NCBI GenBank assembly: GCA_030765525.1
Contig: JAVCCK010000010.1
Coordinates: 450,441 to 514,440, forward strand
Origin: Candidatus Lernaella stagnicola
GTDB taxonomy: Bacteria; Lernaellota; Lernaellaia; Lernaellales; Lernaellaceae
Direction: 5' to 3'
DNA: 64,000 bases
Below the pieces are notes generated by a model, which saw only the letters and a list, made by a program, of their open reading frames with translations, was not told where the DNA came from and made no database searches. The number at the start of each line of letters is the position of its first letter. Position 1 is the first letter of the stretch. Both the position numbers and the translations under genes were made by a program. This document shows positions 1 to 8,473 of this stretch, in pieces.

Positions 1-630
1 TTTGAAACCCTCATCGATTGGACGGGCGATTGCTCCGACACTTCGGTGTTGCTGGCCTCGATCATTCATTCCATGGGATACGGCGCCGTCTTGGTGGGTT
101 ACCCCACGCATTTAGCGGTCGGCATCAAGTGCTCGCCGGAGTACGTCAGCCGGATGACCCCCGGGAAAACCGTCACCTATTTCGATCACAAAGGCGGCAA
201 ATACTATTTGTGCGAGACCACGGGAATGTGGTTCCAAATCGGCGAGAAACCGCCCAACCACCCCGACGTTGCCGAGATCACGTCCGTGCCGAGAAGCGCG
301 CCGCCCTACGCCGCGCAAAGCGGCACCGCAACGTTCAACATCAGAAGCAGATACGCCTATAAGGTGTTCGTCGAATTTTGCTCGGCAAACCAATCACCCT
401 ATAGCTACCATTGGCCGGAGCACGACAAACTGTGGGTCATAGCCGACAACGAATGGCACGAATACCGGCTCGATTGCACAATGGGCGACCTGATTTGCTT
501 CGGCGCCAGGAATTCAAGCGACGCATCGCGCGTGACTTCGTCATGGGGCAGCGGCGCGGGCTGCAAAAAGTTATGCCAAAAATGCTGCATACCCTGCGGC
601 GGATCGTACCGAACCAATCTTACACCGTGA
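1..630 (+). CDS. Transglutaminase-like cysteine protease domain protein with Cys-rich C-terminal domain (5' truncated by window)
   Basis: Frame 1 is open from base 1: FETLIDWTGDCSDTSVLLAS...YPTHLAVGI...YYLCETT. This fits the GDC(S/E)D catalytic Cys, His and acidic residue pattern. The C-terminus has CKKLCQKCCIPC. Confidence 0.7.
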   Translation, partial: FETLIDWTGDCSDTSVLLASIIHSMGYGAVLVGYPTHLAVGIKCSPEYVSRMTPGKTVTYFDHKGGKYYLCETTGMWFQIGEKPPNHPDVAEITSVPRSAPPYAAQSGTATFNIRSRYAYKVFVEFCSANQSPYSYHWPEHDKLWVIADNEWHEYRLDCTMGDLICFGARNSSDASRVTSSWGSGAGCKKLCQKCCIPCGGSYRTNLTP

Positions 631-738
631 GCGCGGCGGCCGATCCGGCATATTAAGCAGTGTTTCTTAGGAACCCGGCTGGGACCGGTATACTCTAAAA
701 GAATAAGATTGGTTTCTATTTAAACGGGAGGTGTTGAA

Positions 739-969
739 ATGGCCATGAGTCGAGTTCACGTACAGCATCGAGACGGTTCGCCCGCGCGCCACGTGCGGGT
801 AGTGCTGGGATTTTCCGGAATCGCCGGCGGGATGACCAAACCCGCGTTTACCGACGGCAGCGGCGACGCTGTCGTGGAACACTCGTCCACCGGCCGCGCG
901 ACGGTATATGTCTCCGGAAGCGACTGCGGCTCGTTCCACGCGCCCGGCACTTACGCCGCGACCGTGTGA
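739..969 (+). CDS. Small hypothetical protein (76 aa), possible transthyretin/carboxypeptidase-regulatory-like beta fold
   Basis: GGGAGG RBS upstream; 'RDGSPARHVRV...FTDGSGDA' pattern typical of this fold. Confidence 0.55.
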   Translation: MAMSRVHVQHRDGSPARHVRVVLGFSGIAGGMTKPAFTDGSGDAVVEHSSTGRATVYVSGSDCGSFHAPGTYAATV

Positions 970-1129
970 AAGCAACCGGACCTCCGCCGGAGTTGATCGC
1001 TGCGAACAGCCGGGTTACGGTATTGTCCAAGAAGTGACGAGTGTAGCTAGTCCCGGCCGGTAAAGATTGGTTCTTTACGGGTGAAGACTATCGAAAAGCC
1101 AAACACATCGTTCGCAAGGGGGAAACCGT

Positions 1130-1669
1130 ATGCCTTTCGTAAAACACGCGTTATGGGCCTTCCTGGCTATTTTTCTGGTAAGCGCCATGTTTGTTGCTTG
1201 CGGCGGCGATGACGAGGATGAAGAAACCGGCACGGACGACGACGCCGACGATGATGATGACGCCGCTGATTGCGCCACGATGCCGGACATGGTCGTGGAC
1301 CGCTTCACGTTTTACGACACCAGCGGCTTTTTCGGCACGGACTTTTCTTTCACCGAGATCGTGATCTGTAACGTCGGCGGCGCGGCGGCGCCCGCGAATT
1401 CCGTTTTCGGGTTTTATCTGGTAGCCAATGCCGACTTCACCGGCGATTACTACATCGTTGCGAAATCCAGCCCGCTGGTGGGCTTCGTCCCCGGCGACTG
1501 CCTCACGTTCACCCTAAACGCCACCTCGAGCGAAGTGGCTGAAGGGTACTACTACGTGTACATCGTCGCCGACAGCCAGGACGACATCTCCGAGTGCAAC
1601 GAATCCAACAACTGGGCCCGCTCCGAGGAAGCCATCTACGCCAAACCCGACGAGACAGAACCGGTTTGA
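1130..1669 (+). CDS. Lipoprotein with poly-Asp linker and CARDB-like Ig domain
   Basis: Signal peptide ending FVAC, then GGDDEDEETGTDDDADDDDD. CARDB hallmarks: 'ICNVGGAAA', 'GYYYVYIVADSQDDISECNESNN'. Confidence 0.75.
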   Translation: MPFVKHALWAFLAIFLVSAMFVACGGDDEDEETGTDDDADDDDDAADCATMPDMVVDRFTFYDTSGFFGTDFSFTEIVICNVGGAAAPANSVFGFYLVANADFTGDYYIVAKSSPLVGFVPGDCLTFTLNATSSEVAEGYYYVYIVADSQDDISECNESNNWARSEEAIYAKPDETEPV

Positions 1670-1691
1670 GCTCGCGGTCGACCGCGAGCTC
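1668..1691. repeat. Perfect 24-bp palindrome GAGCTCGCGGTCGACCGCGAGCTC
   Basis: Read directly; it is its own reverse complement and overlaps the stop codon of the 1130-1669 gene. Confidence 0.9.
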
Positions 1692-1717
1692 TATCTTTCC
1701 AGCGACCGTCTAGTTAG

Positions 1718-1855
1718 CGGCGTTGCGATTATTTCGATATTGTGACCGCCACCGGCCAAAAGACCATGGAAATTTTCAAGCGTTACGACACGGTGTCGAA
1801 GAAAGACCTCAAAACCCTCACCGCCGCCGAAGAAAAAGGCGAAGTTGATCCATAG
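1718..1855 (+). pseudogene. C-terminal remnant of a tyrosine recombinase/integrase
   Basis: Translates RRCDYFDIVTATGQKTMEIFKRYDTVSKKDLKTL..., matching the integrase box II end 'IMAxTGHKTxxxFxRY' with the catalytic Tyr. His is replaced by Gln, there is an in-frame TAG at 1715 and no N-terminal part. Confidence 0.75.
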
Positions 1856-1904
1856 TCAGGTAAAGGACTATAAAACAAGGAAAACCTACCGCGAGGCGAA
1901 GGAC

Positions 1905-4900
1905 ATGCCGGGAGTTGAATTGAATCGCAGTTTTATTGACATCACGGATTCACATCAGGAACCCGACGTCCGGATGATGGCGAGTATCCTGCAGCAGCTG
2001 GACCGCGCTCTGAATTGGACTGGCGTGTTACAACACAAGTACGCTGTCATTCTTGGTGAAGCCCTATCCGGAAAGACGTGGGAGTTTCGGAGACAAACCG
2101 AGCGGATTAACAGTAACGGCGGTGACGCATTCTTTTTCCTTCTCCGATCTTTGGCAAACGGCGACTACGAAGTTGCCTTGAGCGGCCCAGAGGAAGGCGA
2201 AAAATTGGAGAAGTGGAAAAGCTCAAATGGCGAAGCTTATTTTTTCTTGGATTCGCTTGATGAAACGAAAATTGCAGGAAAGAGCCTGGACCTCGCATTA
2301 CGCCACTTCGAGAACCGACTCGGCGCCAGCATCAATCGAGCACGTGTCTACATTTCGAGTCGATTTTCGGATTGGAGGCCTAACGCCGATCTCGAAATAC
2401 TGAACGAATTTATAGAAAAAGTGGACAAAAAGAGTGACGGAATTGAAAACGACCAACATCAAAACGGCAACAGAGAATTCACCGCCCGAGTATTTCATCT
2501 TGGATGGTTGAACAATGAACAGATCCGGACAGTGGCTGAGTTCGAGACAAAGCGAGACGCGACAGGCTTCGCTGCGGCTGTGTACCGGGAAGGGGTTTCT
2601 GAACTCGTTGCCAGACCCGGGGACGTGCGATGGGCTGTACGCTTTTGGACAGAAAAAGGGCGCTTCGGCAGATATTCAGAAATAATTGAACACAATATCC
2701 AGCAGCGTCTTCAGGAACGAAGAGAGTTGGTTGAAAGCCTTTCGCCGCAAGAGTGTCAGGCGGCAGTCGAAGACTTAGCGCTCTTCGCGACTATGACGGG
2801 CTCCTTTTCTTTTCAAGTTCCTGATCATGGATCTTTTGCGGGAGAAATCGGGCAGCCGGTCAATGCGAGTGACATACTACAGTCTTGGAACAACGAAAAA
2901 ATTGGCCGGTTGTTGAGGCTGGCAATATTTGACGTGGCAACATACGGACAGGTGAAGTTCCACGTGCGTCCGGTTCAAGAGTATCTCGCGGCCATGTCGC
3001 TGAAGGCGAAGTTCTCCGATGGTGTGGGTCAGAAAGAGATCGAACGTCTTTTCTTCGTCCAGAGTTTTGGAGCGACCGTAGTGCCGCGGCACCTTCACGA
3101 AACAGCAGCTTGGTTGGCAATAAAGATCGATTGGTTTCGAGAGCAGCTGGCGGATATTGCACCGGAAATTTTGATTGACCTGGGAGACCCGTCTTCACTT
3201 CCGATAGATACAAAAAGAAAGCTCCTCCGAAAGTGGAATTTGAAAATGCGGGAGCGCCCATACCAATGGCAGTGGTTCGGCGTCCACTCGTTGCGCCGGT
3301 TTGCTTCCGAAGAACTCGTGCCGGAAATCAACGAAATGCTCCTTTCCGAGGAAACTCATCATCTTGCGAAACGAACCCTGTTGTCGTTGGCGGACGACGG
3401 TGGGCTTCAAGGAGCAGTGAAATCGTGCCTCGCATTGTTGAAAAACCGTCGTGAAAGGGAAATGCTAGGGGATTTGGCTTGTGACGCCGTTTGCGCCAAT
3501 GGAAGCCGCTCGGAGAAGAGGGAGCTTGTGGAAACCGTCCTCGGGTTCCAAAACGTGCAATATGCAATTTCAAACAGTGTTGCAAAGCGGTTATTTCCGG
3601 AAGTTCTGAAGCGAGAAGAATTGGTCGAAGTGATTAAAAAGACACGGCCTTTTCCGGATGAGAACACAACGACGTATTTCGAATTGTTTTTGGAAAACCA
3701 ACTCCCTGAAAAATGCGACGTAGAAACGGCTAAGTTTATCCTCAGGGAGTTCGTGTTCAAGGCCAAAGCCGATGCGGGAACTAATGAGCGATGGAGGCTA
3801 TGCCAGGAAGCGACAAGATGGACTGAGCGCATTGTGACTGGCTTGCTGGTAAAATTACTTGAAAACACAGAAAACACGGAGGAAATCGAAAACGCTCTGA
3901 TCGCATTTAGAAACGAAGACACGCACGTGAGTTCGAGAAGACAGGCCTTGTTCAAACGTGTGGCGGAGGCATTGAAAGCGAATGCCGGGTGCAGGAGAGC
4001 GTTGTTTTGGCGGAACGTCGCTCAGGTACCAGAATCTGAAAGGAGCGGCCCGCCATACTACCGCAATTTGAATTACCCGTTCAGAATCTTCCATTTGGAT
4101 GAGTGGGACACCGATTGGTTGCTAGAGGATGCGGCAAGAAAAGAAAAGCGTTTAGATCGCCTTGTGGCATTCGAACTTGCATTGTGTTTTCTCGGACGTG
4201 TCAAAAACCTGAAGGCCGACCCCCGCGTCGAGGAATTAAGAAGGCAACACGTGGAACTAGATGCGCGGTTTATGCGTTTTACGAACCCAAAGCCGTCTAA
4301 TAGTTTCATGAAGACGCCCAGTCAGCGAAAAATTGAAATGTACGAAAGGAGAGATAAGGCAAAGCGTGAGGCAATGAAGAGCAGAACTGCGGAAATCGAA
4401 AAAGCCGCCGATGAGGAAGCTCTCCAGGAGCTCTATATCTATTGCCTCCAGAGAGTCATAAAAACGCAACTTGGCATCTCCAATCTGCGTCCGGTCATCG
4501 AGGAATACGGCGAAGAAACAGCAAACGCCGTCAAAGAGGGCGCTAAACGTTTCTGGAGGAAGCACCCCGTTCAAAAATTGACGTGCGGTAGTGTCGGATT
4601 GGCGTTGACGGGCTTGCTGTTCGAATTCCTTGGCGGATTGGATTTCGCGAGCATGCCGGAACCGGATGTGGCCATTGCGACAGAGTTAGCTTTGGAAGAG
4701 AAAAACGAGTTCCCACCTTGGTTCGAGAATTTACTTGAAACAAGACCGGGAATCGTGAAACCGCTTGTATCGAGAAGCTTGGAGGAGGAATTCACCAAAC
4801 CCGAAGAAAGCCGCCCCCGGCGCCCAAATATCGAGAAAGTGCGTAAAGCTAGTTCAACCGTCCGATCAGTTTTTGAGGAGCAGATTTTCAATTTGTTGAA

Positions 4901-6044
4901 AACATCGGCGCCGCTTTCAACCGAAACACTGCAAAATGTCCTCGGAATCCTGGTTGATTCGGTTGAAGTGGACTGCGAAGACCTTTCAGCGAGGATTATT
5001 GTGCTTGCGAATGAATTCAGGCATTCACGAGATTCCTTTGTTCCTTTGTGGTGTGTGTTGTTTTGCGTAAGACCAAGTCATGCGATTGAAATGTGGGAAA
5101 GCATTAACTCAACTACCAGTGACGACGAAATCGACGATCTTAAACACGAAATATGTAAATTCCTGAGTTTCTGGTCCAATGGACTTTGGCCGACTGAGTT
5201 TCCCAGAAACGATGCGAAACAATTGGGGTTTCTGATTGCGGGGTTGCACCCCGATGATAAATCCACGAATGACGACTACTACGCGCGCCACTTTTTAAAC
5301 GACGTGGAAAAGTGGCTTTGGAACACGAATTCGGAAACGACTGTCGCAGTATTCCGCGAATTGTCGGAAAAGCCGTTGTTTCAGCATCGGAAGTATGAAT
5401 TCCTCAGGAGTGCAGAAACGAAAGCACGGGAAGTTGGGAGTTGTCGGCCGTTCAGCATGGCACAGGTGAGAGATTGGTTGGGCAAAAAGAGTTTCGAACC
5501 ACTTTTACCAGGCCAGCTTTTCCGAATCGCGAAGTGGCGAATAGAAGAGGCAAAAGCTGCAATTGAGAAAAACAGGTTCAGCCTTCGCAATGAACTCAGG
5601 GAAGGCGATGAAGCCGGATTCCAACGATGGTTGGCAAACGCCCTTGAAACGAACAGCCACGGCCATTTCTCTGTTGTGCGCGAAGAAGAGGTCGACCAGA
5701 GGAAGAAACCAGACATCCGCCTTCATTCGACCAGTTTCATGTCGCCGATCGGTATCGAAATGAAAATCGCGGACAATTGGACTGGGCCCAAATTGGCGGA
5801 GCGCCTAAGAAACCAACTAGTTGGTCAATATCTTTCTACACATGATGCTTTCTATGCGCTGTTCGTCGTCGCCTTCTTCGGACGGGGGAAAGAACGGTGG
5901 CAGATTAAAAGGGGGCACAATCTCGATTTCAGCGAACTGGTTGATGAACTCCGGGCGATCGCATCCGACATCGCAAAAGGAAATCCAGAAGTGTACGGTC
6001 TCGAGGTAATCGGAATCAATTTCCGGGATCCAAAAAAAGGTTAG
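1905..6044 (+). CDS. STAND/NACHT-like NTPase with helical-repeat body and C-terminal PD-(D/E)xK nuclease; putative anti-phage protein
   Basis: Walker A 'VILGEALSGKT', Walker B 'YFFLDSLDE', sensor 'ISSR', WHD-like 'FHVRPVQEYLAA'. C-terminal 'REEEVDQRKKPDIRL...IGIEMKIAD...QLVGQYL'. ATG 1905 has a GAAGGA RBS (ORF track start 1845). Visibly more AT-rich than the flanks. Confidence 0.75.
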   Translation: MPGVELNRSFIDITDSHQEPDVRMMASILQQLDRALNWTGVLQHKYAVILGEALSGKTWEFRRQTERINSNGGDAFFFLLRSLANGDYEVALSGPEEGEKLEKWKSSNGEAYFFLDSLDETKIAGKSLDLALRHFENRLGASINRARVYISSRFSDWRPNADLEILNEFIEKVDKKSDGIENDQHQNGNREFTARVFHLGWLNNEQIRTVAEFETKRDATGFAAAVYREGVSELVARPGDVRWAVRFWTEKGRFGRYSEIIEHNIQQRLQERRELVESLSPQECQAAVEDLALFATMTGSFSFQVPDHGSFAGEIGQPVNASDILQSWNNEKIGRLLRLAIFDVATYGQVKFHVRPVQEYLAAMSLKAKFSDGVGQKEIERLFFVQSFGATVVPRHLHETAAWLAIKIDWFREQLADIAPEILIDLGDPSSLPIDTKRKLLRKWNLKMRERPYQWQWFGVHSLRRFASEELVPEINEMLLSEETHHLAKRTLLSLADDGGLQGAVKSCLALLKNRREREMLGDLACDAVCANGSRSEKRELVETVLGFQNVQYAISNSVAKRLFPEVLKREELVEVIKKTRPFPDENTTTYFELFLENQLPEKCDVETAKFILREFVFKAKADAGTNERWRLCQEATRWTERIVTGLLVKLLENTENTEEIENALIAFRNEDTHVSSRRQALFKRVAEALKANAGCRRALFWRNVAQVPESERSGPPYYRNLNYPFRIFHLDEWDTDWLLEDAARKEKRLDRLVAFELALCFLGRVKNLKADPRVEELRRQHVELDARFMRFTNPKPSNSFMKTPSQRKIEMYERRDKAKREAMKSRTAEIEKAADEEALQELYIYCLQRVIKTQLGISNLRPVIEEYGEETANAVKEGAKRFWRKHPVQKLTCGSVGLALTGLLFEFLGGLDFASMPEPDVAIATELALEEKNEFPPWFENLLETRPGIVKPLVSRSLEEEFTKPEESRPRRPNIEKVRKASSTVRSVFEEQIFNLLKTSAPLSTETLQNVLGILVDSVEVDCEDLSARIIVLANEFRHSRDSFVPLWCVLFCVRPSHAIEMWESINSTTSDDEIDDLKHEICKFLSFWSNGLWPTEFPRNDAKQLGFLIAGLHPDDKSTNDDYYARHFLNDVEKWLWNTNSETTVAVFRELSEKPLFQHRKYEFLRSAETKAREVGSCRPFSMAQVRDWLGKKSFEPLLPGQLFRIAKWRIEEAKAAIEKNRFSLRNELREGDEAGFQRWLANALETNSHGHFSVVREEEVDQRKKPDIRLHSTSFMSPIGIEMKIADNWTGPKLAERLRNQLVGQYLSTHDAFYALFVVAFFGRGKERWQIKRGHNLDFSELVDELRAIASDIAKGNPEVYGLEVIGINFRDPKKG

Positions 6045-6062
6045 CCGCGCCTAAGAAAAACA

Positions 6063-6083
6063 GTGGACATCTATATGAACACC
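6063..6083. repeat. Putative integrase arm-type binding repeats (TGGACATC / TGAACACC, 12-bp period)
   Basis: gtggacatctatatgaacacc lies about 60 bp from the tRNA 3' end, a typical position for arm sites. Confidence 0.5.
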
Positions 6084-6100
6084 GGGGATTTTTCGGCACG

Positions 6101-6134
6101 AAAAAAGGGATCAGACCGAATCGCCTAACCCCTT
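6101..6134 (-). terminator. Imperfect hairpin and U-tract after tRNA-Leu (att-associated terminator)
   Basis: Minus strand: AAGGGGTTAG-N-CTGATCCCTT-TTTT. Confidence 0.55.
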
Positions 6135-6145
6135 GAAATCATTTG

Positions 6146-6230
6146 TGCCGGAGGTCGGAATCGAACCGACACGAGCGCAAGGCTCGCGGGATTTTGAGTC
6201 CCGTGCGTCTACCAATTTCACCACTCCGGC
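6146..6230 (-). tRNA. tRNA-Leu (CAA)
   Basis: GCCGGAG...TGGTAGAC...GGGAC-TCAAAA-TCCCG...long variable arm...GGTTCGATTCCGAC-CTCCGGC-A. Followed by CAA, so CCA is not encoded. Confidence 0.95.
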
Positions 6231-6283
6231 GAGATAAAAAAGAGCGAATGTGCAAACTGGCGAGTCATGCGCCTCATACAACT

Positions 6284-6356
<73 letters not shown>

Positions 6357-6429
6357 GAAACGGACGTTCTCTTTACCAAACTTCGCGTCAACTCGTCAAG
6401 CGTCAAACACCGGTGTTTCGCCTGTGTCC

Positions 6430-8409
6430 TCAGCCGTTTTGACCGCCGGCGCGACGCGACTTGGAGCGTTCACTAAGCGCGCGAATCACCTCTTCGTTGC
6501 GCTCGACCGGAATCGACTTCTGCGCCTGTTCGATCCAGGCCTGCAAGGTTAGGTCGGCCTTTTCGCCAACCAACTCATCGCGCAACTCATCGCGCTTGAC
6601 GCGGTATGCCGCGGGCGAAGGCTCGACGCGTTCTTTGAGCACTGCCACCACCACGCCGCTGCCCGCTTGGTAGGGCTTCTCGACCACGGGGCTGCCCGAG
6701 GTCAGCGCGAAGGCGGCGACTTGCAGTTCGGGCGCGGCGCCGACTTTCGGCACGGCGGTTTGCTGCCGCGCGAACAGACCGGTTTCTTGGATGTCCAAGC
6801 CGCGGGCGGTTGCGACGGCGTCGAATTTTTGGCCCGCGTTGAGCGCGGCGATGATCTGTTCACCCTTGGTTTGCAGGGCTTGTTGTTCAAGTTCTTTGCG
6901 TAGTTCTTCGCGCACCTTTTCGGCCACGTCGGCGAATTCCGGAATGTGTGATTCGACGATGTTGGTCAGCTTGAACAAGAATATCTGGTCGCCGGTCACG
7001 AAGGGCTCGCTGATGTCGCCGGTTTGAAGCTGGAACAGATCGATAGCGGCGCGACGGCCGTTGCGGATACCGGGCACGCCTTCGTCCTTCGTGAAGGTTG
7101 AGGTGGAGACAACTTTCAAGCCGCGGTCGTTTCCGAAGCGAAGGATATCGGCGCCGGGAGTGAGTTCGGCTTTGGCGGCGTCGGCGTCGGCTTTCGCCAT
7201 ACGTCGGGCCTCAAGTGTTTTCACCCGGCGTTCGATACGCGCCTTCACATCTTCCAGGGCCAGGATACTTTCCGCGCGCTTTTCCAGCGTTTCGATGATG
7301 TGGAAACCGTAGGGCGACTCGACCACGCCCGAGCGCTTACCCGGCTCGAGGCTGAAGGCGGTTTCTTCAAAAACCTTGACCATGCGGCCGCGACCGAAGA
7401 AGCCCAGGTCGCCGCCCTTGTCCTTGGTGCCAGGATCTTCGCTGTATTTCTTGGCGAGTTCGGCAAAGTCGCCGCCGTCTTTGAGTTGGTCAAGAATATC
7501 TTCGGCTTTAATGCGCGCCGCCTCTTTGAGGGCGGTGTCGGCGTCGGCGTCGACGTTGATCAGAATGTGGCGGGCGTGCGCTTGTTCGGGTTGCTTGAAT
7601 TCCCGGTCGCGGTTCGCCTCATAGTATTGCGTAATTTGCGCCTCGGAGATCACGACGTCTTCGACGTAGCTGGAAGCGTCGAATACGGCATATTCTGCCT
7701 TGCGCTTTTCGGGCATCTTGAAGCGCTCTTTATCTTTTTCGAAGAAAGCGTTGGCGCTCTCGTCGGTGACCTTAACCTCGCCTTTCACCTTGTCGGGCTC
7801 GAGTTTGACGAAGCGCAAGTTGACCTTCAGTTCGCGGTTATCGAATTCTTCCTGCACTTCGGATTCGGCAACCTTGACCGAGGAAAGTACGAGAGAGCGC
7901 AGTTTCTGCCCGAGCAGTTGGCGGCGCAAATCGGTTTCGTAATCCGTGGGGCTGACTTTCTGCCGGCGCAGGATTTGGATGTAGCGCTCGCGGTTGAAAC
8001 GCCCGTTCTGATAAAAGACGGGGTTCTTAACGATGGTGTTGCCGAGCTCCGCGTCGGTGACCGTCAGGCCCATTTGCAGGGCGAGGCTTTGAATGACGCG
8101 CTCGGTGATCAGCTTGTTCAGGGCGATGCCGGTCATGTCCATGTTCGCCAAGAAACTGTCGGCCGATTCGCCGAATCGATCGCGGTACATCTTGGCAATG
8201 CTTTGTTCGGTATTGACCAGTACGCGCGCGCCGATAGGCACACCGTCAACCTGGGCCACCCAAGCTTGCTTGTTTTGACCGCCACGACCGGCCGTGCGGC
8301 CGACGTACGACATGGCGCCGAAACCAATAATAAAGCTAAGCGCAACCGCGCCGAGGAGGATCTTGACAAGCAGCGACTGCTTGGATCGCCTTAAGATACT
8401 GAGAGCCAT
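6430..8409 (-). CDS. ppiD: PpiD/SurA-family peptidyl-prolyl isomerase chaperone
   Basis: N-terminal TM anchor, SurA_N region, parvulin motifs 'HARHILI...FAELAKKYSEDPGTKDKGGDLGFFGRGRMVKVFEETAF...SPYGFHII'. Confidence 0.9.
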   Translation of the reverse strand: MALSILRRSKQSLLVKILLGAVALSFIIGFGAMSYVGRTAGRGGQNKQAWVAQVDGVPIGARVLVNTEQSIAKMYRDRFGESADSFLANMDMTGIALNKLITERVIQSLALQMGLTVTDAELGNTIVKNPVFYQNGRFNRERYIQILRRQKVSPTDYETDLRRQLLGQKLRSLVLSSVKVAESEVQEEFDNRELKVNLRFVKLEPDKVKGEVKVTDESANAFFEKDKERFKMPEKRKAEYAVFDASSYVEDVVISEAQITQYYEANRDREFKQPEQAHARHILINVDADADTALKEAARIKAEDILDQLKDGGDFAELAKKYSEDPGTKDKGGDLGFFGRGRMVKVFEETAFSLEPGKRSGVVESPYGFHIIETLEKRAESILALEDVKARIERRVKTLEARRMAKADADAAKAELTPGADILRFGNDRGLKVVSTSTFTKDEGVPGIRNGRRAAIDLFQLQTGDISEPFVTGDQIFLFKLTNIVESHIPEFADVAEKVREELRKELEQQALQTKGEQIIAALNAGQKFDAVATARGLDIQETGLFARQQTAVPKVGAAPELQVAAFALTSGSPVVEKPYQAGSGVVVAVLKERVEPSPAAYRVKRDELRDELVGEKADLTLQAWIEQAQKSIPVERNEEVIRALSERSKSRRAGGQNG

Positions 8410-8473
8410 GCAAAAAACCCCTGTTAATTCAAGCTCACGGAACGTGGAAAGCTACAACAGCGGTGTGTAAAAA

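Larger units (their letters stand above)
1718..6146. mobile_element. Decayed integrative island end at tRNA-Leu 3' end
   Basis: Integrase remnant pointing toward the tRNA, compositionally distinct cargo, arm-type-like repeats at 6063-6083, and an imperfect IR just beyond the tRNA 3' end. Left boundary not visible. Confidence 0.6.

Noticed and set aside
975..995. Possible second att copy of the tRNA-Leu 3' end
   Set aside because: Only 7-8 bp of match in mixed orientation; chance level.
630..1720. Small co-oriented genes as integron cassettes
   Set aside because: No RYYYAAC...GTTRRRY attC pairs found, and the integrase remnant shows no IntI-specific feature.
7300..8394. Long antisense ORFs (364 aa here; also 33174-34724, 48843-50249, 26003-27040 and others)
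   Set aside because: Shadow frames opposite well-supported genes, expected in high-GC coding DNA; no motifs.
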